Shown here: piece after piece, positions 16,845 to 24,187 of the stretch
Numbering within the stretch: position 1 is the first letter of the stretch
How the letters are laid out: every line of letters starts with the position of its first letter
Assembly: GCA_964583115.1 (NCBI GenBank)
Contig: CAZOUZ010000002.1
Span: 1-33,976 of the forward strand
Reading direction: 5' to 3'
From: an uncultured Dehalococcoidales bacterium
GTDB taxonomy: Bacteria > Chloroflexota > Dehalococcoidia > Dehalococcoidales > UBA2162
DNA length: 33,976 nucleotides
Notes under the pieces: generated by a model
Database searches by the model: none
What the model was told of the DNA's origin: nothing
The model's input: the letters and a program-made list of their open reading frames with translations, nothing else
Position numbers and translations under genes: made by a program

Positions 16845-17735
16845 CTACCTCATCGACAGGTGCTCGGCGGCGAGAGAAATCACCACGAAGATAAAGGGTC
16901 TCTCGACCTTGGTAACCGTAAGAGGTATGTGGACGAAGTTTCTCGGGCAGGCGACCGCCGCCGGAGTATTTATTACGTGTTTCTCCTTTTCCTTGCCCAG
17001 GCAAATCTCGGCTTCTCCCCCCAGCTTGCTTAAATCATCGGTATCTGTCCCCATAAACAGCAGCACTTCCTCAAAAGCGTGGGCATGCGGGGTATAGGGC
17101 GCAAAACCGAACCGGTAGGGTGCCTTCACGCTTTCATAGGAAATATGGAGGTCCAGCCCGGTCTCACTGCCGGGGACATAGGTTATCACTCCCCCCGAAT
17201 CATCCGGGGAGTCCGGGCGGTAGTAATAAGCCCCCTTCCGTCTGAAAGAGAGCTTTTGAACCTTATCTTTATATTTTATGCCGGTCGTCTCAGCCTGCCC
17301 CCTGTCCGAAGTCAGCCTCTCCGAGACCTTCCACTCTCCCGCCAGTGAAACAGCCATCGATATAAACCGCTTATCGAGTCTGGTGATTTCCGCCGGGAAA
17401 TGGGCGAATCCGGCAGGAAGGACCACCGCCGTCGGCGTGTTGATTATCTGCTTTTCCTTTTCCTCGCCCAGGCACAGCTCGATTTCCGCGCCCAGCTCCA
17501 GCAGGTTGTCCATATCGGCTCCCATAAAAAACAGAAGCTCATCGAAATCATGCACATGCGGCTCATAAGGCTCTTTACCCATCTTGCCGGCTTCCCGGTA
17601 GGTGCCGTAGGTAATGTTGACGTCCAGCCCGCAGAGGAATTCGCCGTCCATCCTGACGCCCTGCCGGTAAAAGCCCGGCCCGTAATCCTGAAAAGTGAGT
17701 TTTTTAATGTATTCCCCGTATTTCGTCTCTGCCAT
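16845..17735 (-). CDS. Uncharacterised two-module cupin (bicupin-like) protein
   Basis: There are two tandem modules, each with cupin motifs: PHVHDFDELLFFMG...LPAGFAHFP and PHAHAFEEVLLFMG...CPRNFVHIP. The N-terminus is MAETKYGEY. The SD is GGAGGA-CAAAA-ATG. Confidence 0.85.
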   Translation of the reverse strand: MAETKYGEYIKKLTFQDYGPGFYRQGVRMDGEFLCGLDVNITYGTYREAGKMGKEPYEPHVHDFDELLFFMGADMDNLLELGAEIELCLGEEKEKQIINTPTAVVLPAGFAHFPAEITRLDKRFISMAVSLAGEWKVSERLTSDRGQAETTGIKYKDKVQKLSFRRKGAYYYRPDSPDDSGGVITYVPGSETGLDLHISYESVKAPYRFGFAPYTPHAHAFEEVLLFMGTDTDDLSKLGGEAEICLGKEKEKHVINTPAAVACPRNFVHIPLTVTKVERPFIFVVISLAAEHLSMR

Positions 17736-17783
17736 TTTTGTCCTCCAACATTCGCTACATATATGGAAACACCCGGGTCTGCT

Positions 17784-18182
17784 TCACCGGGTCTGGTCGG
17801 TCAGTGAAACGACGAAACAAACGTAAGGCTTATCGATTTTCCTTGTCACTATCGGACAGTGGGGCATTCCTTTCGGGACTACAATTACGGTGGGAACATT
17901 GAATACGTGTTTCTCCTCTTCTTCGCCCATAGACATCTCGACTTCCGCCCCGAGCTCATCAAAGCTATGAGGGTCGGTGCCGATAAAAAATATGGCTTCA
18001 TCGAAATCATGGGTATGCGGTTTCACTGATTTGCCGGTAATACCTGTTTCGTAGGCACAGGCATAAATAACCTGGGCATTGAACCCGTTCATAACTTTGG
18101 AGTTTACGGAAAACAAAGGCCCCTTGCTGCCCTTAGCAAAAGGTATGGTTACAAAACAGTCACCGTATTTTGTCTCTGCCAT
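17784..18182 (-). CDS. Uncharacterised single-module cupin protein, paralog of the bicupin modules
   Basis: Cupin motifs PHTHDFDEAIFFIG...VPKGMPHCP are present. I prefer the ATG at 18180-18182 (MAETKYGDC...), which has a GGAGGA SD 8 nt upstream and matches the paralog N-termini, over the track start at 18203. Confidence 0.85.
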   Translation of the reverse strand: MAETKYGDCFVTIPFAKGSKGPLFSVNSKVMNGFNAQVIYACAYETGITGKSVKPHTHDFDEAIFFIGTDPHSFDELGAEVEMSMGEEEEKHVFNVPTVIVVPKGMPHCPIVTRKIDKPYVCFVVSLTDQTR

Positions 18183-18223
18183 TAATAATATCCTCCCTCT
18201 CAATCATTCGGGTGAATTAACCT

Positions 18224-18252
18224 ATTTTGTGCTGGCAGCCTGCTATTGTCAA
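18224..18252 (-). promoter_or_regulatory. Candidate promoter of the cupin operon 18182->16845 (TTGACA-17-CAAAAT, minus strand)
   Basis: On the minus strand the sequence reads TTGACA (plus 18247-18252), a 17-nt spacer, then CAAAAT (plus 18224-18229). This lies about 40 nt upstream of the ATG. Confidence 0.4.
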
Positions 18253-18285
18253 GCTCCGGCAATCTCAGGCTTCGCCGGAGTAAAG

Positions 18286-18411
18286 ATGATTGCCCTGATG
18301 ACACCGGAAGGCTTTGCCAGGCTGATGGGCACGATGTGGCCGGAGTTAATCGACGCTATGCCCTTCGGCATGGGGCCGATGATTGACTACCTGCGGGGGA
18401 AAAAGCCGTAA
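18286..18411 (+). CDS. Candidate small ORF (41 aa, MIALMTPEGFARLMGTMWPELIDAMPFGMGPMIDYLRGKKP), function unknown; possibly a gene remnant
   Basis: The ATG at 18286 is preceded by GGAG-TAAAG. It lies in the otherwise unassigned 214-nt gap between the cupin start and the Lon stop. An in-frame GTG at 18229 would add VLAACYCQAPAISGFAGVK. I recognised no homology. Confidence 0.2.
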   Translation: MIALMTPEGFARLMGTMWPELIDAMPFGMGPMIDYLRGKKP

Positions 18412-18417
18412 CCGTCA

Positions 18418-20868
18418 TCAGGCTTCAGACTGCTCATCATTATTGCCGGTATCTTTATTTTTGTCTTTTTCCTCGCTCCTGGAGAAATCCCTGAGTTTCT
18501 CAGCCAGAGTTACCAGGCGTTTTTCCACCCTGCCGTTAACAGAATCAGGCTCAAAGCTGCCGTCTTCCAGGCGTTTGCCCGCCTTTATACCGGTAAGGAC
18601 TTCGATTCCCTCATCGACGGTGGTTACCGGGTAGATGTGGAATTTTCCAGCCTCGACCGCCTTAACAACCTCTTCCTTGAGCATCAGGTTTCTGACGTTG
18701 CTGGCCGGGACAAGGACTCCCTGGTTCCCGTTCAGCCCCTTAGCCTTGCATACCTCGAAGAAGCCTTCTATCTTCTCGTTCAGCCCGCCGATTGCCTGCA
18801 CGTCCCCCTTTTGATTGACCGAGCCGGTAACGGCGATACCCTGCTTTATCGGCGCTCCGGCAAGGCGGGACAGAAGGGCGTAAAGCTCAGTACTCGAGGC
18901 GCTGTCTCCTTCTACCTCCTCATAGCTCTGCTCAAAAACAAGGCGGGCGGACAGCGACAACGGCATATCCTGGACGTACTTCTCCGTCATATAACCGTTC
19001 AGTATCATCACGCCCTTGGTGTGGAGTCGCCCCCCCAGTTTGGCTTCCCTCTCGATATCAATCAGTCCCTCTCTGCCGACGCCGACGCTGGCTGTTATCC
19101 TGGAAGGCTTGCCGAAGGCAAAATCCCCGAGGTCTATCACCGCTAGGCCGTTCACCTGTCCCGCCCTCTCCCCGTCAGTGTCGATAACAATCATTTCCTG
19201 CCCAATCATCTCATTGATGCGCTGCTGGATTAAATTGGAACGGTACACCTTCTGTTCTATCGCCTTCTCCACGTGCCTGGCTTCTATAAGGGACACGCCT
19301 TCCTCTCCCGCCCAGAAGCTTGCCTCACGGATAATATCGGCGATATCGGCAAACAGCGTGGACAGTTTTTCCTGGTCGCCGGCAAGCCGCGAGCTGTGCT
19401 CCATAATTTTAGCCAGGGCATCGTTCTTCAGGTGCTTCAGGTCTTCTTCCTGGCACATCCGGCAGATTACGGCGGCATAGTCTTTCAGGTTACCCTCCGT
19501 CTTATCCATACGGCTGTCAAAATCAGCTTTAATCTTGAATAACTCCTTGAACTCAAGGTCCATCCTCAGCAGCAGGTAGTAAAACATCGGCTCGCCGATT
19601 ACCACCACCTTTATATCCAGGGGAACGGGTTCCGGTCTCAGGCTCTTCATTGCCAGGAAGCCCATCCGCTCACTTATCTCCTCAATAGTAAGGTTCCCGT
19701 CGCGAAGGGTCCTTTTCAAGCCGTCCCAAGACTGGTAGTTCGCCAGCAGGTCCTCAATCCTCATCACCAGATAGCCGCCGTTAGCACGGTGCAGGGAGCC
19801 GCTTCTTATCATCGAGAAGTCGGTATAGGAAGCGCCGAACTGGGCTTCCTTCTCGATGCGACCGAACAGGTTGTTAAAGGTAGGATTAAGCTCCAGGACC
19901 ACCGGGGCACCTTTTAACTCGGAATTATCAACCAGGAGGTTGACTTCGTATTTTTTAAGCGCCTGTTTCCAGGCCATATCTTTCATCGCCGCCAGGGGGT
20001 CCGAAGCCTGGGCCTGCTGCGGCTCGGACTTAAACTGCTCGAAGTTCTCAACGATGTCCTGCTCGACCTCGGTCAGGTAACCAACAACCTGCGGCAGTTC
20101 CCGGTACTTATTCCTCATTTCGTCGAAGAGGTGACCGATAGAATAGCGGGCTACCTCGCGGTCGGTCTCCTCAAGCCGCTCGTTAATAGCGCTCTCGTCA
20201 CCTCTCAGACCGGTTATCTGCTCTTTCAGCTCTTTTGACAGTTCTTCCTGTTTCTTTCTTAATGTCTCTTTATCTTCAGCGCTTAACTTTTTATAGTCCT
20301 CCTCACCCATCGGCGCGCCTTCCGAGGCAGGCAGAAAAACCAGGCCCACCGGGGTATTCTGAAGAATAAACCCGTTATCTTCAGCCTTCCTGCTCAGCGC
20401 ATTAAAAACGGCTTCTCTCTTTTTATTTAATTCCGAAGTTATTTCTTCCCGCCTTGCGGCGTATTCCTTGCTGGCAAATACCTGGGCAAGACTCCGCCTG
20501 GCGTTATCGGTGAGGTGGCTCACATCTTTCTGCAGGTCCTGTCCCTTACCCGCCGGTACCTCCAGAGCCCTGGGGCAGTAGGCATCCTTAAAGTTATGGA
20601 CGTAGCACCAGTCGGGAGGAACTTCCTTCTTCGCCGCCCTTGCCTCCAGAAAAGACTTAATCGCCGTAGTCCTGCCCGTCCCCGACGGTCCAGAAACATA
20701 AATGTTGAATCCCTGCTTGATAATACTCAAGCCGAAATTCAGGGCGCTCAACGCCCGCTCCTGTCCGATGATTCCCTCCATCGGACTCAGGTCAACAGTC
20801 GAATCGCAGTTGAACATCGCCGGGTCGCACCGGTGCCTCACCTGCTCCGCTCTCAGTTCTTCAGGCAT
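18418..20868 (-). CDS. Lon-like protease of the LonC/YcbZ type (AAA-like domain with a long helical insertion + Lon S16 protease domain)
   Basis: The C-terminal half closely resembles E. coli YcbZ and the Lon proteolytic domain: GQVNGLAV, GKPSRITA, EVEGDSASSTELYALLS (catalytic Ser) and GGLNEKIEGFF (catalytic Lys). The N-terminus has a P-loop-like GPSGTGRTT. A ~200-aa charged coiled-coil-like insertion is present. The SD is GAGGAGGT. Confidence 0.9.
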   Translation of the reverse strand: MPEELRAEQVRHRCDPAMFNCDSTVDLSPMEGIIGQERALSALNFGLSIIKQGFNIYVSGPSGTGRTTAIKSFLEARAAKKEVPPDWCYVHNFKDAYCPRALEVPAGKGQDLQKDVSHLTDNARRSLAQVFASKEYAARREEITSELNKKREAVFNALSRKAEDNGFILQNTPVGLVFLPASEGAPMGEEDYKKLSAEDKETLRKKQEELSKELKEQITGLRGDESAINERLEETDREVARYSIGHLFDEMRNKYRELPQVVGYLTEVEQDIVENFEQFKSEPQQAQASDPLAAMKDMAWKQALKKYEVNLLVDNSELKGAPVVLELNPTFNNLFGRIEKEAQFGASYTDFSMIRSGSLHRANGGYLVMRIEDLLANYQSWDGLKRTLRDGNLTIEEISERMGFLAMKSLRPEPVPLDIKVVVIGEPMFYYLLLRMDLEFKELFKIKADFDSRMDKTEGNLKDYAAVICRMCQEEDLKHLKNDALAKIMEHSSRLAGDQEKLSTLFADIADIIREASFWAGEEGVSLIEARHVEKAIEQKVYRSNLIQQRINEMIGQEMIVIDTDGERAGQVNGLAVIDLGDFAFGKPSRITASVGVGREGLIDIEREAKLGGRLHTKGVMILNGYMTEKYVQDMPLSLSARLVFEQSYEEVEGDSASSTELYALLSRLAGAPIKQGIAVTGSVNQKGDVQAIGGLNEKIEGFFEVCKAKGLNGNQGVLVPASNVRNLMLKEEVVKAVEAGKFHIYPVTTVDEGIEVLTGIKAGKRLEDGSFEPDSVNGRVEKRLVTLAEKLRDFSRSEEKDKNKDTGNNDEQSEA

Positions 20869-20965
20869 AACCTACCTCCTCATCGAAGCTTGAACGTACA
20901 ACATACAATGTAAGGAGTATTATATATCATAAGGAAAAGTTACGTCACTCTTAAATATGGTTCTG

Positions 20966-21196
20966 TTTGCATTTGGTTGAATGAAGTGCTCTCCCTCTTT
21001 ATCCCCTTCTCAAACGGTTCCCCGCTTTACTGGGCGATTACTTATCTGTTTGAAAGGGGGAGATATTGTTGAGAGGGAACTCCGCCCCCTCTCTTTATTA
21101 CACCCCTCTCCAGCCAGGAGAACTCTCCATTCAATAGCAATGGTTCCGGCTGGAGAGGGGTCAGGGGTGAGGTAAATAATATCAACCAGATGCAAA
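20966..21196 (+). other. 231-nt multi-hairpin element closed by a 15-bp long-range stem; candidate structured ncRNA or MITE-like repeat
   Basis: TTTGCATTTGGTTGA (20966-20980) pairs with TCAACCAGATGCAAA (21182-21196), giving 15/15 if one G.U is read on the plus strand. Three internal hairpins are present. The first is 21003-21015/21048-21060 (13 bp, one G.U, one mismatch). The second is 21071-21077/21087-21093 (7 bp). The third is 21103-21115/21148-21160 (perfect 13 bp), with two mini-hairpins in its loop. Confidence 0.4.
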
Positions 21197-21263
21197 TATA
21201 CTCATATCCTGGATTTGGACATGATTTTTCAAATTACGCGTTCCGTAACTCTTTACAATCCCA

Positions 21264-21292
21264 TTGACACCTTTTATAACAAACACTACAAT
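21264..21292 (+). promoter_or_regulatory. Candidate promoter of the SDR gene (TTGACA-17-TACAAT)
   Basis: A perfect -35 TTGACA lies at 21264-21269, followed by a 17-nt spacer and TACAAT at 21287-21292. This is about 40 nt upstream of the ATG at 21332, which has an AAGGAGGG SD. Confidence 0.5.
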
Positions 21293-21331
21293 CGGCTAAG
21301 AATAAACAGCATCTGATTCAAGGAGGGAATA

Positions 21332-22090
21332 ATGGATCTGGGTTTGAAAGACAGAGTGGCGCTGATAACCGGCGCCGGCAGCCGGATAGGGTTCGGCAGG
21401 ACTATTGCCCTAACCCTGGCAAAAGAAGGCTGCGATATAATCGTCAATGATATAAACCTCGATGACGCTCAAAAGACAGCAGAGGAGGTCGGGACTCTGG
21501 GACGCAAAGCCATCGCCATCAAGACCGATGTAACCAAGAAAGCCGAAGTGCAGGAAATGGTAAAGATGGGCCTTAAAGAATTCGGCAGGATAGATATACT
21601 GGTCAACAATGCCGGGGCTATCACCCAGGCGGGAAGCTTTGTCGACCAGAAAGAAGAGGACTGGGAAAAAGATATCGCCCTCAACCTCAAGGGCACCATG
21701 CTCTGCGCCCAGGCGGTGCTCCCCGGTATGCTTGAGAATCAGTACGGCAAGATTGTCAACATATCGTCCGGCACCGCCAAAATAGCCCACCCCGGCGTTT
21801 CCGCTTACGGCATCGCCAAGGGCGGCGTTATGGTCTTCACCAGGGGACTTGCCAAGCAGGTAATCGCGCAGGGAATAACCGTCAACAGCATCGCTCCCGG
21901 CTGGTCGCTGACAAATTTCATCAAGGGCGACAAAGAGGCTTTAAAGGAACGCTTCCTGCCGGAGACGCCGATAGGGAGGGGCACCGAGCCTCAGGACATC
22001 GCCAACACGGTCGCCTTTCTGGTATCGGACGTCTCCGCCGATATCGTCGGACAGGTCATCAGCGTCGACGGCGGCTCGACAATGCAGTAG
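21332..22090 (+). CDS. Short-chain dehydrogenase/reductase (FabG-like SDR)
   Basis: SDR motifs are present: TGAGSRIGFGR (cofactor-binding Gly-rich motif), NNAG, and the catalytic S...YGIAK (SSGTAKIAHPGVSAYGIAKGG). It is about 252 aa. Confidence 0.92.
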   Translation: MDLGLKDRVALITGAGSRIGFGRTIALTLAKEGCDIIVNDINLDDAQKTAEEVGTLGRKAIAIKTDVTKKAEVQEMVKMGLKEFGRIDILVNNAGAITQAGSFVDQKEEDWEKDIALNLKGTMLCAQAVLPGMLENQYGKIVNISSGTAKIAHPGVSAYGIAKGGVMVFTRGLAKQVIAQGITVNSIAPGWSLTNFIKGDKEALKERFLPETPIGRGTEPQDIANTVAFLVSDVSADIVGQVISVDGGSTMQ

Positions 22091-22114
22091 TCGGCTCACG
22101 GCAGCACCATCTAT

Positions 22115-23104
22115 TTATTTACCGCTTCCGGAATATAACCTGCCGGGTCCGGCAGTGAAATGAAAGAGCGGCCTGTCTATCCTGTTTATCTTCAGCGGAC
22201 AGTGCACCGTGCCGGCCGGAATAAAAGCCATGAAGCTTTTATCCATTACATTCTGCTCCCCGTCTATCCACAGCTCGACTTCCCCGCCCAGGTCGTGAAT
22301 GTCGTCCGGGTTGGTGCCGAAAAAGGCGATAGCCTCGCCAAAGGGATGCGTGTGAGGCGGCACCGCCTTATCTTCACCGGGTTCTGGCTCCGGCCTTTCT
22401 CCGGGCCAGAACCACAGGGCTTCGACATAAAAATCGGCGCCGGGGAAGACCTCGCTATCCAGGTAAACGATGCGGTGAGCGTATTCAGGGGGTATTTCGT
22501 GCCGGAACTCAGGAAGCACCAGGTCGGGTTTATCCTGAAAGATAAAATGATTGGCATATTGCTTTCCGGCGGTATTAACTTTTCCCGTGTTCCGCTGCTC
22601 TTTCGCAGTATCAGACAGATTAACTCCCTGATAACTCTGCCCCGGGCCCATAGTGAAGTGAAACATCGGCCTGTCCATTCTATTTATCTTGAGCGGACAG
22701 TGATTCATTCCCGCCGGGATGTAGGCAAGAAAGCTGTTGGTCATGATATACTGTTCGTCTTCCAGCCACAGCTCGACTTCTCCGCCGAGGTCATGCGGGT
22801 CGTCAAAGTTGGTGCCGAAAAAGGTGATAATCTCCGAGAACGGATGAGAATGACGCTGCGGTCCGCCCTCGCCTTTCTCTTTCTCTATCTGCTGCTCAGC
22901 AGTCTCCCGCCCAGGGAAGAACCAGACGCACTCGGAATAGAAAGCACCGGGGACGACCTCGCTGTCCATCCATATCACGTGGTTCATCGTGCGCTGTTCA
23001 CCGGGTTTCGGGACATTCAGCCTTTCCCCCGGCCTGAAACCGGGCAACCGTATATCCTTTTTCAGTTCCGTGCAAATGTATTTGCTGTGTTTCGATTCAG
23101 CCAC
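22115..23104 (-). CDS. Uncharacterised two-module cupin (bicupin-like) protein
   Basis: The two modules carry RHSHPFSEIITFFG...IPAGMNHCP and PHTHPFGEAIAFFG...IPAGTVHCP. The GTG start at 23102-23104 is preceded by GGGAGGT-AAAAAA. The N-terminus is (M)AESKHSKY. Confidence 0.85.
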   Translation of the reverse strand: MAESKHSKYICTELKKDIRLPGFRPGERLNVPKPGEQRTMNHVIWMDSEVVPGAFYSECVWFFPGRETAEQQIEKEKGEGGPQRHSHPFSEIITFFGTNFDDPHDLGGEVELWLEDEQYIMTNSFLAYIPAGMNHCPLKINRMDRPMFHFTMGPGQSYQGVNLSDTAKEQRNTGKVNTAGKQYANHFIFQDKPDLVLPEFRHEIPPEYAHRIVYLDSEVFPGADFYVEALWFWPGERPEPEPGEDKAVPPHTHPFGEAIAFFGTNPDDIHDLGGEVELWIDGEQNVMDKSFMAFIPAGTVHCPLKINRIDRPLFHFTAGPGRLYSGSGK

Positions 23105-23132
23105 TTTTTTACCTCCCTGAAAAACCGCTTTC

Positions 23133-24059
23133 CTATTCTTTCCGCCCGCTGATGCCGCTCTCTTCCCAGCCTTCCTTCATACTGCCGGTGCCGAGCATAA
23201 ACGCCATCTGTATATGCGGCCTGGTGAATTTCTTCCAGGTAAGCGGACCGTGCCGGGTACCCCCGGGCATAAAGATGCCTGTCGTGGTGTTAAAGGTGAA
23301 CGGCTCGCCCTCGACGCAGAACTCGATTTCGCCGCCGAGGTCTTCGGGATTATCCGGGTCACCACCCCAGTGCAGGACAATCTCATCGAAATTATGCACG
23401 TGCTCGTGGATATGGGGGTTCGGCTCGGGGATGCCGTATATCCAGCCCAACTCGATATAGTAGCTGGCTTCCGGCACCTGGGCGCTGCTCATATAGGTCA
23501 TCGTCGGACTCTGGCGGCCCTTAACTATGCCACCCGCCTCGCGAAGGGGCGCCCTTACCAGGTATTTTTCGTAGTCGATATCATCCGTTTTCTCCGGCAG
23601 ACCACCTTTTTCCGTCTTGATACCGCTGTCCCCCCAGCCTTCCTTCGGGTCGCCGGTGCCGAGCATTATTGCCATTTCAATATGGGGCTTGGTGAATTTC
23701 TTCCAGATTATCGGGCCGTGTCTCACGCCCCTGGGCACAAAGAGCGCCGTGTTCGTGCTGAAGGTGAGTGGTTGGCCGCCGACGTAAAACTCAATTTCGC
23801 CGCCGAGGTCTTCAGGATTTTCAGGGTCGCCGCCGATGTGCAGGACAATCTCGTCGTAGTTATGATGCACCATCTCGTGATTATGGGGGTTCGGGTCGGG
23901 TATGTCATATATCCAGCCGAACTCGATATAGTAGTTGGCTTCCGGCACCTGGGCGCTGCTCATATAGGTCATCGTCGGACTCTGGCGGCCCTTAACTATA
24001 CCGCCCGCCTCACGAATCGGTTTCCTGACAAAATATTTCCCGTAGTCGGATTCAGGCAT
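23133..24059 (-). CDS. Uncharacterised two-module cupin (bicupin-like) protein with very similar internal halves
   Basis: The two modules carry NHEMVHHNYDEIVLHIGG...VPRGVRHGP and IHEHVHNFDEIVLHWGG...MPGGTRHGP. Both contain the identical stretch GGIVKGRQSPTMTYMSSAQVPEA. The N-terminus is MPESDYGKY. Confidence 0.85.
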   Translation of the reverse strand: MPESDYGKYFVRKPIREAGGIVKGRQSPTMTYMSSAQVPEANYYIEFGWIYDIPDPNPHNHEMVHHNYDEIVLHIGGDPENPEDLGGEIEFYVGGQPLTFSTNTALFVPRGVRHGPIIWKKFTKPHIEMAIMLGTGDPKEGWGDSGIKTEKGGLPEKTDDIDYEKYLVRAPLREAGGIVKGRQSPTMTYMSSAQVPEASYYIELGWIYGIPEPNPHIHEHVHNFDEIVLHWGGDPDNPEDLGGEIEFCVEGEPFTFNTTTGIFMPGGTRHGPLTWKKFTRPHIQMAFMLGTGSMKEGWEESGISGRKE

Positions 24060-24098
24060 ATCGTAGAAGTCTCCTCTATGAATTCGGAATTAACAAAG

Positions 24099-24127
24099 AT
24101 TGTAACACCAACAGGCGATACCAGCAA
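24099..24127 (-). promoter_or_regulatory. Candidate promoter of the bicupin pair 24059->22115 (TTGCTG-17-TGtTACAAT, minus strand)
   Basis: On the minus strand the sequence reads TTGCTG (plus 24122-24127), a 17-nt spacer containing an extended-10 TG, then TACAAT (plus 24099-24104). Confidence 0.45.
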
Positions 24128-24187
24128 GTTTAGAAAGCGGACAGCCGTAATAGCGAATAACCTTGAGAAGGAGAGTGTTTTGCCCGG

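Noticed and set aside
18079-18285. 5' part of the 110-aa plus-strand ORF 18079..18411 (TTG start)
   Set aside because: This part overlaps the N-terminus and SD of the single-module cupin gene on the other strand and has no SD. I kept only the 3' portion in the true intergenic gap (from 18229/18286) as a low-confidence small ORF.
24098-24106. Single ATTGTAAC match (same 8-mer as the candidate regulator repeats) upstream of the bicupin operon
   Set aside because: There is only one copy, with no 11-bp-phased partners. It coincides with the reverse complement of the predicted -10 (TACAAT), so it is most likely coincidental.
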